Positions 24,801-34,826 of a stretch of 64,000 nt of DNA are shown here, in pieces. Origin of the DNA: Octopus sinensis (Eukaryota); assembly GCF_006345805.1 (NCBI RefSeq), contig NC_043018.1, positions 9,858,001-9,922,000 on the forward strand, read 5' to 3'. Below the pieces are notes generated by a model. The model was given only the letters and a program-made list of their open reading frames with translations. It was not told where the DNA came from and ran no database searches. The stretch's first letter is position 1; each line of letters opens with the position of its first letter. The position numbers and the translations under genes were made by a program.

Positions 24801-27351
24801 ATTTCGTATTTTAATTTTCCTAAAATTTTTCGTTGCGTCTTGCAACCTTTTCAACAGTCAACACTTGCAACCCTTTCAGTAGTCAAGACGCAACAAAAAT
24901 TTTAGGAAAGTAAAAATAAGAAATAAGTGGAAATTTTACCAGTGTGTGTGTTAAATGATAAGACACAAAAAGAAAATGACTCTCCCCAGACACAACAGAA
25001 TATGCTTCAACACGCAAACTCACATAAAGAATCTTGCAAACCAAATCCAAAAACGAAATATATATAGTATACCGTCTGGTAATATAAACATGAGACAATA
25101 GGTGTATATGAGAAGAATTACTCAACATACTACAAAACATATGAATTGAATTTCATTTATGAATGTTATATCTAAGATTCTGTTTCAGGGAAGAAGGGTA
25201 TTAATCTCAATATTATTTTTGAACAAGGCTAGAAATATATATTTTATAATAATGAAAGAAATAATTGTTTCCAATTTTGGCACAAGGCCAGTAAATTTGA
25301 GGTGGGGGTTAGTTTGTGTCACTGACTCCAGAAGGATCAAAGACAAAGTCGACACTGTTAGAATTTGAACTTAGAACACAATGATTCAGAAGAAATGCTA
25401 CTGTTCTAAATATTCTGCCAGCTTGCTGTCTTTAATAAAATAATAATAAATTCCATATACGATTATCAGGAATCAATTTGACCATTTTTCTTTTATAGCA
25501 TTATCCCTATTATTATAATACATAGAATTTTATCTTAATCTGATAATTCCTCACCATTCTCTCTATACACAGTTCCATTCTGTTAGCTTTTCTGTCTCCT
25601 CCATGCAATGTTCCTATAATACCATTGTTCTTGAATTCTATTATTCTAGAATTCAGTTATTCTTCAACTTGATTAATACTGAATTCTATTATTCTAGAAC
25701 TTTATTCTTTTTCAATTCTTTTACTCATCAATTCTATTTTCATTGAATTCCATTATTCTTGAATGACTATTATTCTGCTATTCAAACCTTCCTGAATTCT
25801 TGGAATTCTGTTATGACCATTATTTGTTGAATGTTCTGTTGTTATTCTTCAATGTTCTCTACACTCAACTCTCTACTAACATGCTAGACTCCTAACATTT
25901 TCTAGCCGGCAGTTATGGTTCTCCATCGTTAAGACGTTCTAAAGTGGGTTCGTCTATGATTAATCTGTCAGCTGCTGGTAACAACTCTCCCTATGACCAT
26001 TCCGATGTTGGTAGGTAGCATGTTTTTTGCCTTGTCACCTCCCTCTGCATTTTCATTATTCTCCCCCCATCGTCATTGCCATCTTGCTGCTTGCCTTTCG
26101 TTTCACTTTCTCCTTTCTGCATGATTGTTGTATTTTTATATATTTTCAAATTTTGTTTCTTGTTGTTCTTAACATTTTAATTAAATATTATTTCCAAAAA
26201 TGTTATTTTTGATTTTCTAATATTTTCATTTACACTCATTAAATATTTATTTCTAAGATATAAAACTTTAATTTTTACTTATTTTGTCTGCTAAATTTTA
26301 GTTAATTTTCCTGAAATTATTGTGCATTAAAGTACCATTTTGGCATGCATTAAAATGTAGTAAAGGTCAACAAGTACACTGCCATTATACTTTTTATCAT
26401 TCACTGATGATGTTAAGAAAGGCATTAACATCACGCAATCTTATTTCCCCTCCTCTCTCATATCATGAGAAATATTTTCAGATGTTATGACAGAGGTGTT
26501 CACAAAAGTCTAGATTATATCAAAATACTTTGCTAATTGAATTTGTTTAAATGTGTTAAATGCTTTTGAAATTGAAACTAAATGTAACTTTTCTTCTCTC
26601 TTTGAATCCTCATTTCACTGTCATGTTGGAATGGGTTGACGTGATCTGTCATGCAGCAATGTTTTCACACTGGTTGTGGTTTCTATGGCTGGATGCCCTT
26701 GTGGCACCAGTACACACTGATACAACTCAGGCATTTCATGAGGAATGACTTACTTTGCAGATAATTTGTTCTTAAACGCTTAACAGTTAAAGTGTCATTT
26801 TAATTCCACTAATTATAATTAGCTAATGTAATCCCACTATTTTTAAAGTAAAATAATTACTCTTGCTTGCAACTGCTTCATAAATTTCTAGAAATGTCCA
26901 TTAAGTTTTTAATCTAATTTAACGAATCAAAAACTGAAAAATTCTCAATCCTTGATTTGCTATTTTTTTAAATCCTTCAATTTCTATCAAATAATCACCA
27001 GGCTCCAATGGAAACCTGAGTCGCAGCAAACGGCTGAGTACTTCGTCCCATAATCTGTCCACCACTAAGTCTTCCCGGACGCCAAAGTCTCCTGGATTAC
27101 AAACAGGAAATTCTCGGCCAAAGACTCCAACGATGAATAGCAGTAACTCGAAACTGTCGACACCAGGAACCACACCGGTCCGACCCAGCAGTACGACACC
27201 AGCCAGACCCAACAGTACGACACCAAACACATCCCGAAGTACAACACCAGTTGCACAGAGGATGGGTGCACAACGGCGCCTGCCATCCACACCAAAGTCT
27301 TCAACCCCAAAGACCCCTCTTCGTCCCAGAACCCCAACGGCACACAGATAA
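2186..27351 (+). CDS. MACF1/DST: Spectraplakin (MACF1/dystonin/Short stop family), 3' part of gene; 12 exons in window: 2186-2311, 3666-3809, 6380-6568, 7416-7516, 7789-7921, 9584-9746, 10375-10487, 12284-12421, 13912-14029, 17673-17801, 25906-26010, 27002-27351
   Basis: All exons have AG/GT boundaries with matching phases; summed length 1809 nt = 602 codons + TAA. Translation gives spectrin-repeat helices, then [10 protein letters not shown]...[13 protein letters not shown] (EF-hand), CQC...[23 protein letters not shown] (GAR domain) and [15 protein letters not shown], the domain order and motifs of the MACF1/DST/Shot C-terminus. Upstream exons lie outside the window. Confidence 0.95.
2407..3356. 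mobile_element. Cluster of piggyBac-like MITE copies (ends ...GCTAAAGGG|TTAA); another copy at 45313-45533
   Basis: Repeated aaaccagccatatcc...cctacaatgtcattctaaaa...gggttaa modules at ~2407-2759, 2925-3146, 3140-3356. Confidence 0.6.
3666..3809 (+). CDS. MACF1/DST: Spectraplakin exon, spectrin repeat ([10 protein letters not shown]...TQTRWDQ), phase 0/0
   Basis: ttttcAG acceptor, GTAAGT donor, 144 nt open, helix-C Trp typical of spectrin repeats. Confidence 0.92.
6380..6568 (+). CDS. MACF1/DST: Spectraplakin exon, spectrin repeat ([16 protein letters not shown]...LLKEHQ), phase 0/0
   Basis: ttgcAG acceptor, GTAAGT donor, 189 nt open, LEELLAWL motif. Confidence 0.93.
7416..7516 (+). CDS. 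MACF1/DST: Spectraplakin exon ([16 protein letters not shown]...RHYG), phase 0/2
   Basis: ttttattgcAG acceptor, GTAAAT donor; phase matches next exon. Confidence 0.88.
7789..7921 (+). CDS. MACF1/DST: Spectraplakin exon, end of last spectrin repeat ([34 protein letters not shown]), phase 2/0
   Basis: ttttttctAG acceptor, GTGAGT donor; resembles the NPR...WQQVW...RQRKLNDAL segment of MACF1/DST. Confidence 0.93.
9584..9746 (+). CDS. MACF1/DST: Spectraplakin exon, EF-hand 1 (loop [12 protein letters not shown] at 9686-9721), phase 0/1
   Basis: tttgtttAG acceptor, GTAAGT donor, canonical D-x-D-x-D-G-x-L-T-x-x-E loop. Confidence 0.95.
10375..10487 (+). CDS. MACF1/DST: Spectraplakin exon, EF-hand 2 ([38 protein letters not shown]), phase 1/0
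   Basis: ttttttgcAG acceptor, GTAAGA donor; aligns with KFPT.K.E..AV.DIFD...FVAALHP of MACF1. Confidence 0.95.
11074..11438 (+). mobile_element. Helentron/HINE-like non-autonomous element
   Basis: Subterminal repeat, short (acaa)n, 3' hairpin cctccacc-ttcgctat-ggcagagg, inserted in a (TAA)n tract. Confidence 0.5.
11943..12172 (-). mobile_element. Short hammerhead-bearing element (Penelope-like terminal repeat fragment), intronic and antisense to the gene
   Basis: Homologous along ~220 bp to 42990-43190; carries the G3/C8 fold. Penelope assignment is inferred from ribozyme type; no RT/GIY-YIG ORF seen. Confidence 0.55.
12094..12144 (-). ncRNA. Minimal type I hammerhead-like ribozyme, G3/C8 core variant
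   Basis: Minus strand reads UUUGUCA GUGAACA G GUCGC cgucuuaaa GCGAC GAA AAUAUU U UGACAAA: 7-bp stem I, 5-bp stem II, GAA, palindromic stem III. Confidence 0.7.
12284..12421 (+). CDS. MACF1/DST: Spectraplakin exon, GAR domain N-half ([29 protein letters not shown]), phase 0/0
   Basis: cttccacAG acceptor, GTAAGT donor, C-x-C zinc ligands. Confidence 0.95.
12897..13209 (+). mobile_element. tRNA-derived SINE family 3 (others at 1-260, 4866, 16235, 21625, 34130)
   Basis: tggcttaatggttagagc / ggagttcaattcc boxes, cttgagcaagacattttatttcacatt core. Confidence 0.75.
13912..14029 (+). CDS. MACF1/DST: Spectraplakin exon, GAR domain C-half ([39 protein letters not shown]), phase 0/1
   Basis: ttctgtttcAG acceptor, GTAGGT donor, GAS2 signature VMVRVGGGW. 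Confidence 0.97.
17673..17801 (+). CDS. MACF1/DST: Spectraplakin exon after GAR ([29 protein letters not shown]...), phase 1/1; not in ORF track in this frame
   Basis: cccctgcAG acceptor, GTAGTT donor, 129 nt; matches A.GRTN.ELRE.FIL.DG.SQ.M..FR of DST/MACF1. Confidence 0.92.
21725..22305. repeat. Complex (TA/TG/CA) alternating purine-pyrimidine microsatellite, ~580 bp
   Basis: Direct inspection; explains the six overlapping YI/CV ORFs. Confidence 0.98.
24737..25001. repeat. Foldback inverted repeat (~105-bp arms, ~41-bp spacer) next to a (TA)n tract
   Basis: 24737-24842 is the reverse complement of 24884-25001 with a few substitutions and one insertion. Confidence 0.85.
25906..26010 (+). 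CDS. MACF1/DST: Spectraplakin tail exon ([35 protein letters not shown]), phase 1/1
   Basis: CTAAC branch-like motif and ttttctAG acceptor, GTAGGT donor, 105 nt, open in the required phase, GC-richer island with S/R/G composition like the tail. Confidence 0.7.
27002..27351 (+). CDS. MACF1/DST: Spectraplakin terminal coding exon, basic S/T/P/R-rich microtubule-binding tail, ends ...RPRTPTAHR*
   Basis: cacCAG phase-1 acceptor; in frame with ORF 27133-27351; TAA at 27349-27351. Confidence 0.85.
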
Positions 27352-29121
27352 CACCTAAAAAAACAGTAACATGTGAAAGGTTTTGTGTTTTACCAACTCA
27401 TTTGGACATGAAGATGTAATTAGTAAAGATATTTTATACACCCAGCTCATATCTGAAATGGTTGCTGTAAATACTGTTTTATATATACACATGTATATAT
27501 ATGTATATGAAATAGGATGTACTAGAGAGATGTCTTGTTTCATTGAAATATTACACACATTCTATCACATATATGTATATATATACACACACACACACAT
27601 ATACATACAAGTTGTTTGATCCTAAGGTCATTCAGTGCTGTGCCAATTTAGCAGAACTTCTGCAATTCACACTCCAGACATTTCTCACAGACATTCTCTC
27701 GCAATTTCCATATTTCCAATGTTTTAACCAATTCAGAGCATTAGTAGTCGTTAGTGCAACAATTTAATTCAACGAATTAATCAATACAAATAATTAGTAC
27801 AAAGACAGAGATTTTTTAAAAATGATAATCACATGAAATATTATTCCTTAGGGTGGTGGGTTAGAGCTATGATGAGCTAAATGCTGCATATTGGGCTATA
27901 CCAGTCATATACTGAGGTGATGGAATTAAGTATTAAGGCACTATGGTTTTAAGAAGTGAAATATAAATGGTCTTACTGTGATTGCTTTTTACTTTAAAGA
28001 TTTTCAGTTCAAATCACGCAAGATCAACTTTGCCTTTCATCCTTCCAAGGATAAATACCTGTGAAATGCTGGGGTTGATCCTATCAATTGTGACCCTTTC
28101 CTTACAATTTTAAGCTTAGTGCCACTGTGAGAAATAATAATAATTATTATTCATCTTGTATTTTTGGTAGATTTATGGCAGTGTAGAATTAAAGATTCCA
28201 CATTTCATCTTTTGTCAGAACCCAAAATATTGATATCTATTTGCAGAAATCTTTAAAGTGTTTAGAAATAGTAAAGAAATTACTTAAGGGAAGAAATATT
28301 TGATAAGAAACTACTTTGATACAACCACCACAGATATTTGTTTTTTTAATTTTTATCTCCAACTATTTATATTTTCTCTAACAGAATCAACAATATATAT
28401 GTATAAACATATATAAACACACCACACACAGGAAAACAAAAACTTTTTTTTTTTTTTATTATGTTGTACATATGTGATATTTTCTTCCAAATCTCTTTTT
28501 ATAATATCAGTGAATCAGAATGAATGAACCAACTTCGAAAACGGTGCAAAAAAAACATCCATAACTCTCCACTAATTTATATATCCACACCACACCCTTT
28601 CTCCTTTCGGTCTTTTATACCTTTTTGTTAATTTATCAACTTCTTCAGCCTTATACCACCATAACGTTTACATGAGTTTCCTTCTGTTTATCCTAAATAA
28701 CACACTGAATCTTGTAAATTATTTTGTTATCACACAATTCAATTTCAAATCTATTTTTTAATTGATTTGGGGGCTGAATTAAAACAAAAAAGTGGGTTTT
28801 TTTTTTTTAATTTATATATTTTTGTAATTTATTTCTTGTATTCTAAATATTAGATCAGCTGAGACGATGGGTTTTGTGCTCTGGGGAATTTTATATCCAG
28901 AGGAACAATTGACGGGAGGGGGCTCTAAAACCAGAAACATTCCATTCTTAATGTATATTAATTAGCTTCAGGTTTCGTTCTTCAATTTTAACAAATCTTA
29001 TCTTCATTAAAAGTACAGTAATTAATCCAAATGATTTTAATTTGCTCAAGTTTTAACATTTTTATTTGAAAAAAAAAAAATCTTGTTAGATATATGTGTG
29101 TGTGTGTGTGTATATATATAT

Positions 29122-29152
<31 letters not shown>

Positions 29153-29594
29153 CATATATCTGACAGTAATGAGATTTTAAAACATTTGAGCAGCTTTGAT
29201 AAAACTTTTAAAGAAGCCTTTTGAATACTCAAAACTATTTAAATTGTAAAAGCGAGAACTTGTTTTCCATAAGTTGCTGGGAATTTAGTTACCTTCTTGT
29301 ATCATTGGCTTAAGCCAATGTTATGCTTTGCTATACGAAATAAAAAAAAAAATCGGTACTAAGAAACTGTCAAATAACTTTCGGCTTACACAGAAATTGA
29401 TTTGAATTTTCATGCTCAACTCGAGACCATGCCAAGACTAGCAGGAAGGTATTTCTGAGGAATACATTGAGCCTGCCTTCAGTATTACTACATTCCTGTC
29501 AAAACAAACAAAATTCAATGAGTTTCAATTGTTTCGCAAAACGGCGCCAATTCTTGTGATAATTTGGACCAAATCTTCAGTTACCTTCAATAAA
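27352..29594 (+). other. Probable long AU-rich 3' UTR; candidate AATAAA signals at 29339 and 29589
   Basis: Follows the stop codon, U-rich, largely free of intact SINEs; true end cannot be fixed from sequence alone. Confidence 0.4.
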
Positions 29595-31530
29595 TATCAA
29601 CACAATAAGTTATATTCCAAGAAATCTTTTAAAATACTTTTACTTGAGCAAAAATGTGTGATATTTTCCCTGGCCAAATTTTATTCATTCATTTTTTAAT
29701 AATTTTTCCTTTTGATACCGCAGAAAAAGAAATTTAAAAATTGTGATTCGCAGGTTATCTTACATTTTCAAAAAGACAGAATCTGTTAACTCTACCGATA
29801 TTTCTAACTAAAAGATCAACCCCATTAATAGCAAATATATTTGTCTCCCTAAATACCATTTTTATTCATTAAATATTTCAAAAAATTTTCTAAATTTTAT
29901 AATGGGAATTTTTTTTCTCTTATCCCTAAATAATCTTTTCTAAGTGTCTACTTTTTATAATGGGAAATTTTTTTCTCTTATCCATAAATCTTTCCTAAGT
30001 GTCCACTCTTAACAGTCCACATCCATTCTGACCTTTGTCCACAATAACTGTAATCTTTAACCTAACCACTAACAATACTAGAATCCGGCTTCTCATTCTG
30101 GAACCAGAGATTTTTTTCTTTCACTGACCATCTCGAGTAGTTTGGCCACCCCTCTCTCTAATGACCTTTGAAACATGTCCAAACCTTAAAGGTCATCAAA
30201 TTTAGTTTACTAGTGCCTGCAGATGACCATGATGGAACAGTGAAATACAAAGATGTTAGTCTGTCACTCTCAGCAGTTAGTATTTCTTCAGACCAGTTCT
30301 TACAACGGTGTTCTCCATTCCATGTCAAAAATGAGGTCGATCTTTTGTTTTAAAGTTCCGTCCAGCTCATGTTCACATAGAAAAAGGGAGACACAAACAC
30401 TTTTTTTTTTTAAACTAATGTGAAAACTTCAGATTGTTTTCATAATTATTTTGACATTTTTGATTTTTTTTTTTTTACACAAAACAATATTTTAAAACAT
30501 TCTGTGAAACTGTTTTGGTAGCATTTTCCTCTACCTCAACAATCATTAAAGTTATTGTAACCAACTTAAACAGGAAATTTCTCTGCAAAATTCACCAGAA
30601 AAACAAAGAATTTATTGGACATTTCCAATTTCACCTCTTTGGTGTGGGGTGGGGGAAAAGAATTCTAGGAAGATTTCTAGGGGGTGGGGAAACGAACTTT
30701 CATTGTAAATCAGGAACTGTTTGTTGGTGTGTCTGTTAATTGAACTACAGATCAACTATAACAGCAAATTATTGGTATATCTGTTCAGTTGTAAAAGTTT
30801 TCTGTATAAAGATCAACAATTAAAATATATAAAATGCATTCTTTTATTTTTTTTTTATTTATTCTACTCCTTTCAGTCAGTGGACCTTGGCCATGCTGGG
30901 GCACATTTTGTTGTTTTCAGATTTATATTCTAAGTGAATCAAGCATCTACATCTCGGCTGTACAAGTTGCTGAATATAGCCACCAAATAGAGCCTTGCTC
31001 ACCCTTTTACTTGTTTCAGTCACTGACCATTGGTCAAGCTGGGTCTTGCCTTCAAGAATGTTTACTTGAAATGACCACAGTACTTGTAAACTGATAAGCC
31101 TTTTCTGTTAACTGCTAATGTTAAAGGGATGTAAACATACCAACACTGGTTAAGCGTTGGTGGGGGACAAATATACACACACATAACACATATGTACTTT
31201 CTGTTACTTGTTTCAGTCATTTGACTCCAGCACTGCCTGAAAGGGTTTCAGTCGAAATCGACCCCAGGACTTATTCTTTGTAAGCTTAGTATTTATTCTA
31301 TCGGTCTGTTTCACCAAACTGCTAAGTTACGGGGACATAAACACACCAGCATCGTTGTCAAGCGATGGTGGGGACGGACAGACACACACACACACATGAT
31401 GGTCTTCCAGGTTTTCTATACCAAATCCACTCATGAAGCTTTGGTCAGCCCACACTTGCCCAAGGTGCCACACAGTGGGACTGAACCCAGAACCATGTGG
31501 TTGGGAAGCAAATTTCTTACCACATACACA

Positions 31531-31748
31531 CGAGGGGTTGTTGAAAGGTTCCTGGCTTTGGGTAAAAGAAAATATAAGAGGTTCAGTTAATTATTATTTT
31601 GTCCAACATATTCCCTTCTCACATTCAAACACTTATTGCAGTGGCCCTTCAGTTTTTCTAAGCCCTGTAAAAGAACTTGGAAGATTAGGCCTCCAACCTG
31701 GCCTTTCATAATTTCCCTTGAAGCCAGGAAATTTTCGGCATCCCCTAG
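31531..31748 (-). mobile_element. Mariner-derived MITE (related copies 55485-55585, 56209-56400)
   Basis: CGAGGGG...CCCCTAG|TA termini; interior encodes a mariner-like C-terminal LEKLKGHCNKCLNVRREYV. Confidence 0.7.
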
Positions 31749-32389
31749 TATATACATTGGGATTTCAGTTTCCATCTACCAAATCTACTCACAATGCTTT
31801 GGTCAGCCCAAAGGCTATAGTAGAAGACACTTAGCCAGTGACACATGGGATTGAACCTGGAACTTCATGGTTGGGCAGTAAGCTTCTTTACCACACAGCC
31901 ATGCCTTCACCTATCAGCAACGTTTGCTTTAATTTTTTTGATGTAGCTGTGTGCAGAAAATAGTAAACTCTGCAAAGTGTGTGCATCCATGAGCAACCAT
32001 CATCTTCAATGTCCACTTTTGCATGCTTGCATGGGTTGGACAGAGTTTATTGTGGTGGATTTTCTTTGGCCAGTTTTAAATAAACACTTTAGAAAACAAG
32101 ATGAAGTATCTAATGGTATATTCACAGAACTATAACGAGCCTCGTTAGAGAAGGAAAATGAACGATAATAACAATCCTATGTTAAGTTTTACTTTCTCTC
32201 TCTTAAGTATGGTGCTGTCTATAGAGAGTGCTGCAAATTTAGTGTACGCAATTTTAATTTACCAATCCCGAAGTTCATAGTATTGACCAAACTAAAAGAA
32301 AAGTAGTTGATGAAAGTAATTACATCTACGACTTTCATTCAAGCAACACAAAACTAGGAAAAGAATATGGGGGATATGAGAAAAGAAGG

Positions 32390-32803
32390 CTGGGTTCAAT
32401 GTGGAATTCACATGGTAATGGAAAACAAGGAGCTGAAATTCATTTGGTGAGCACTTCCATCCAACTGATGTAGATTTGTTAAATGCTAGAAAAGCTCTGA
32501 AAGAAGAGGAAGGGTTCATTCAAGGAAAAATGGCCCAAATTCGAGGGGATCCATCAAATTCATGTACACGATATCAAAGAATAACTGAATGCCTCAAAAG
32601 ATTGGTCAACAAGAAAAATTGATTTTCCTTGAACCCTATCAATAAAATTCTCAATGATTATTTGATTTTGATGTTCACCTTGTTTTCCAAAGAGTTTATT
32701 TAAAATTGGACAAAAAGTTGTTGGACAAAAATATCATCGGACAAAAAGACGTAGATGAAGTGACGTTGGACAAAGTGACATCAGATGAAAAGACGGGTCA
32801 CGC
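32390..32803 (+). mobile_element. Possible Mutator-like transposase C-terminal remnant followed by short ggacaaa repeats
   Basis: HFHPTDVDLLNARKALKEEEGFIQGKMAQIRGDP...RLV resembles MULE C-termini; resemblance from memory only. Confidence 0.35.
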
Positions 32804-32911
32804 CTGAAACTGTGTGGTTGGGAAGCAAGTTTCTTGCCACACACCTGCACTTCATTATGAAATAAATTGCTTTAATTGAAAACCTTGCCTGTGCACATTT
32901 TGTCAAAAGAG

Positions 32912-33366
32912 AAAGATCGGGTACAAGAAGAAAGAAGGCTGTTCTGGTATGGTCATGTGATGCATATGGACGAGGACAGCTGCGTAAAGAAGTGTTGGTC
33001 TCTAATTGTGGAGGGAACCAGTGGAAGACGTAGACCCAGGAAGATGTAGGACAAGGTTGTGAAATATGATCCTTCGTTGTTGAGTCTCACGGAAGTAAAT
33101 ACAAGTGACTGAGACTTCTGGTAATTTGCTGTGCTTGAGAAGACACGACAAACTAGGTGGAACCCTAGTCATGGCCAGTGCTGGAGACATGTAAAAGGTA
33201 CCCACTTCACTCTGTAAAGTGATCGGTGTTAGGAAGGGCATCCAGCTGTAGAGATTAAGCCAAAACAGACAACTGGAGCCTGGTACAGCTCTCTGGCTTA
33301 TCAGCTCCTGTCAAACTGCCTAACCCATGCCAGCATGGAAAATGGATGTTAAATGAAGATGATGAT
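32912..33366 (+). mobile_element. RTE LINE 3' end fragment with (GAT)n tail
   Basis: RLFWYGHVMHMDEDSCVKKC...GRRRPRK, then the shared tail. Confidence 0.75.
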
Positions 33367-34794
33367 GCTCTTGCTGCAAAAAGTGCACAACTGCAAGAGA
33401 GAATAAGCTCAAGGAAACTTTGTTGTTATGTGATGTGGGTCACACGTCAGTGAGTGTTTCAGAGCTGCCTTTTACGAGACAGAGAAGACCAAGTTTGTCA
33501 AACGAACTTTTAATGTTCAGCTAAGACAATGATTAACAAGCTAATTACTGTAAATTGGTAAAAGGTGTAAGATTGTGAATGAGTTGTCAGGAGTCAATAG
33601 TAAGATGCAATGAGAGGCAAAAAGAAAAGGAGTCGGTGTGAAATAGCTTTACATAATTATTCAGCATAATTGGTAAAGAAGCATGCTTTGCAACCGTGTG
33701 GTTTTCGGTTCAGTCTCAATGGGCAACACCTTGGGCAAGTGTCTTCAGTTATAGCCTTGGGCCAACCAATGGCCTTGTGAGTGAATATAGTGGATGGAAA
33801 CTGTGCAGAAGCTCATTGAATGCGCAGGAGCCCTGTCTGTGCCAGTGCCACATAAAAAGCACCTGTGAAAGCATGTGCCTGGGCCATGTAAAAAGGCACC
33901 TATGCTGGCTTCATGTAAATGCACTTGTGCCAGCATCACTACAAGCAGAACATAATGGCACCGGTGCCATATAAAAAGCACCCAGCACACTGTATAGTGG
34001 TTGGCGTTTGGAAGGGCATGCAGCCATAGAAACCATGTCAAATCAGACTGGAACCGGGTGCTCTGGTCAAACTGTGCAACCCATGCCAACACAGAAAACA
34101 GACATTAAATGATGATGATGATGATGATATAATTGGTCTAGTGGTTAGGGCGTTGCACTCAAGGTCATGAGATCATGGTTTCAATTCCTAGACCGGGCTC
34201 TGTGTTGTGTTCTTCAGCAAAACACTTCAACACCTGAGGCATGGTACACCGTGCACCTGTTCAGGTGACATCGATTTGATGGCGGGATGGGTTGGCTGTG
34301 TGGCATGAACATTTGATCACTATAAGCAAATCATTTGTGCAGCTCATTCAGCAAAAGCTGAACACTTATATGTTGTCTTTGATGAGAGTCCATCATATAT
34401 ATCCTTAAAATCCATTAAAATGTTTTAGCCCAAAGGGCGCGGCCATGCTGGGGCACCACCGCTATATGTATGACAGATATGTAATCCTTTAAACGTATAT
34501 GTTTCCATGCTTGCATGGGTCAGATGGCTTTATACAAATTCTAAATAAATTTAAAACAAAAAATGAGCCAAGAGAAATAATGCAGAGTGGCCAATGACAT
34601 GAATTTGAATGAAAAAAAGGGGGGGGGAATAAACATATAAATACCACACAAGACAAATTTCTTGTGCAACTTCCACAAAATTTGCAGAATTGCCTCATGG
34701 CAAATGAGAGCCCCTCCATAAACACACCAGCACAGGGTGTCGAGCTAAGGTGGGGTCACAAAGACACGAACACATGTATTTGTGTATATATATA

Positions 34795-34823
<29 letters not shown>

Positions 34824-34826
<3 letters not shown>

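Noticed and set aside
26919-27290. 123-aa antisense ORF
   Set aside because: Shadow of the terminal spectraplakin exon.
30000-30370. Minus-strand Tc1-like transposase remnant (KNWSEE..., FKVWTCF)
   Set aside because: Only vague motif resemblance across broken frames; no DDE motif or TIRs identifiable by eye.
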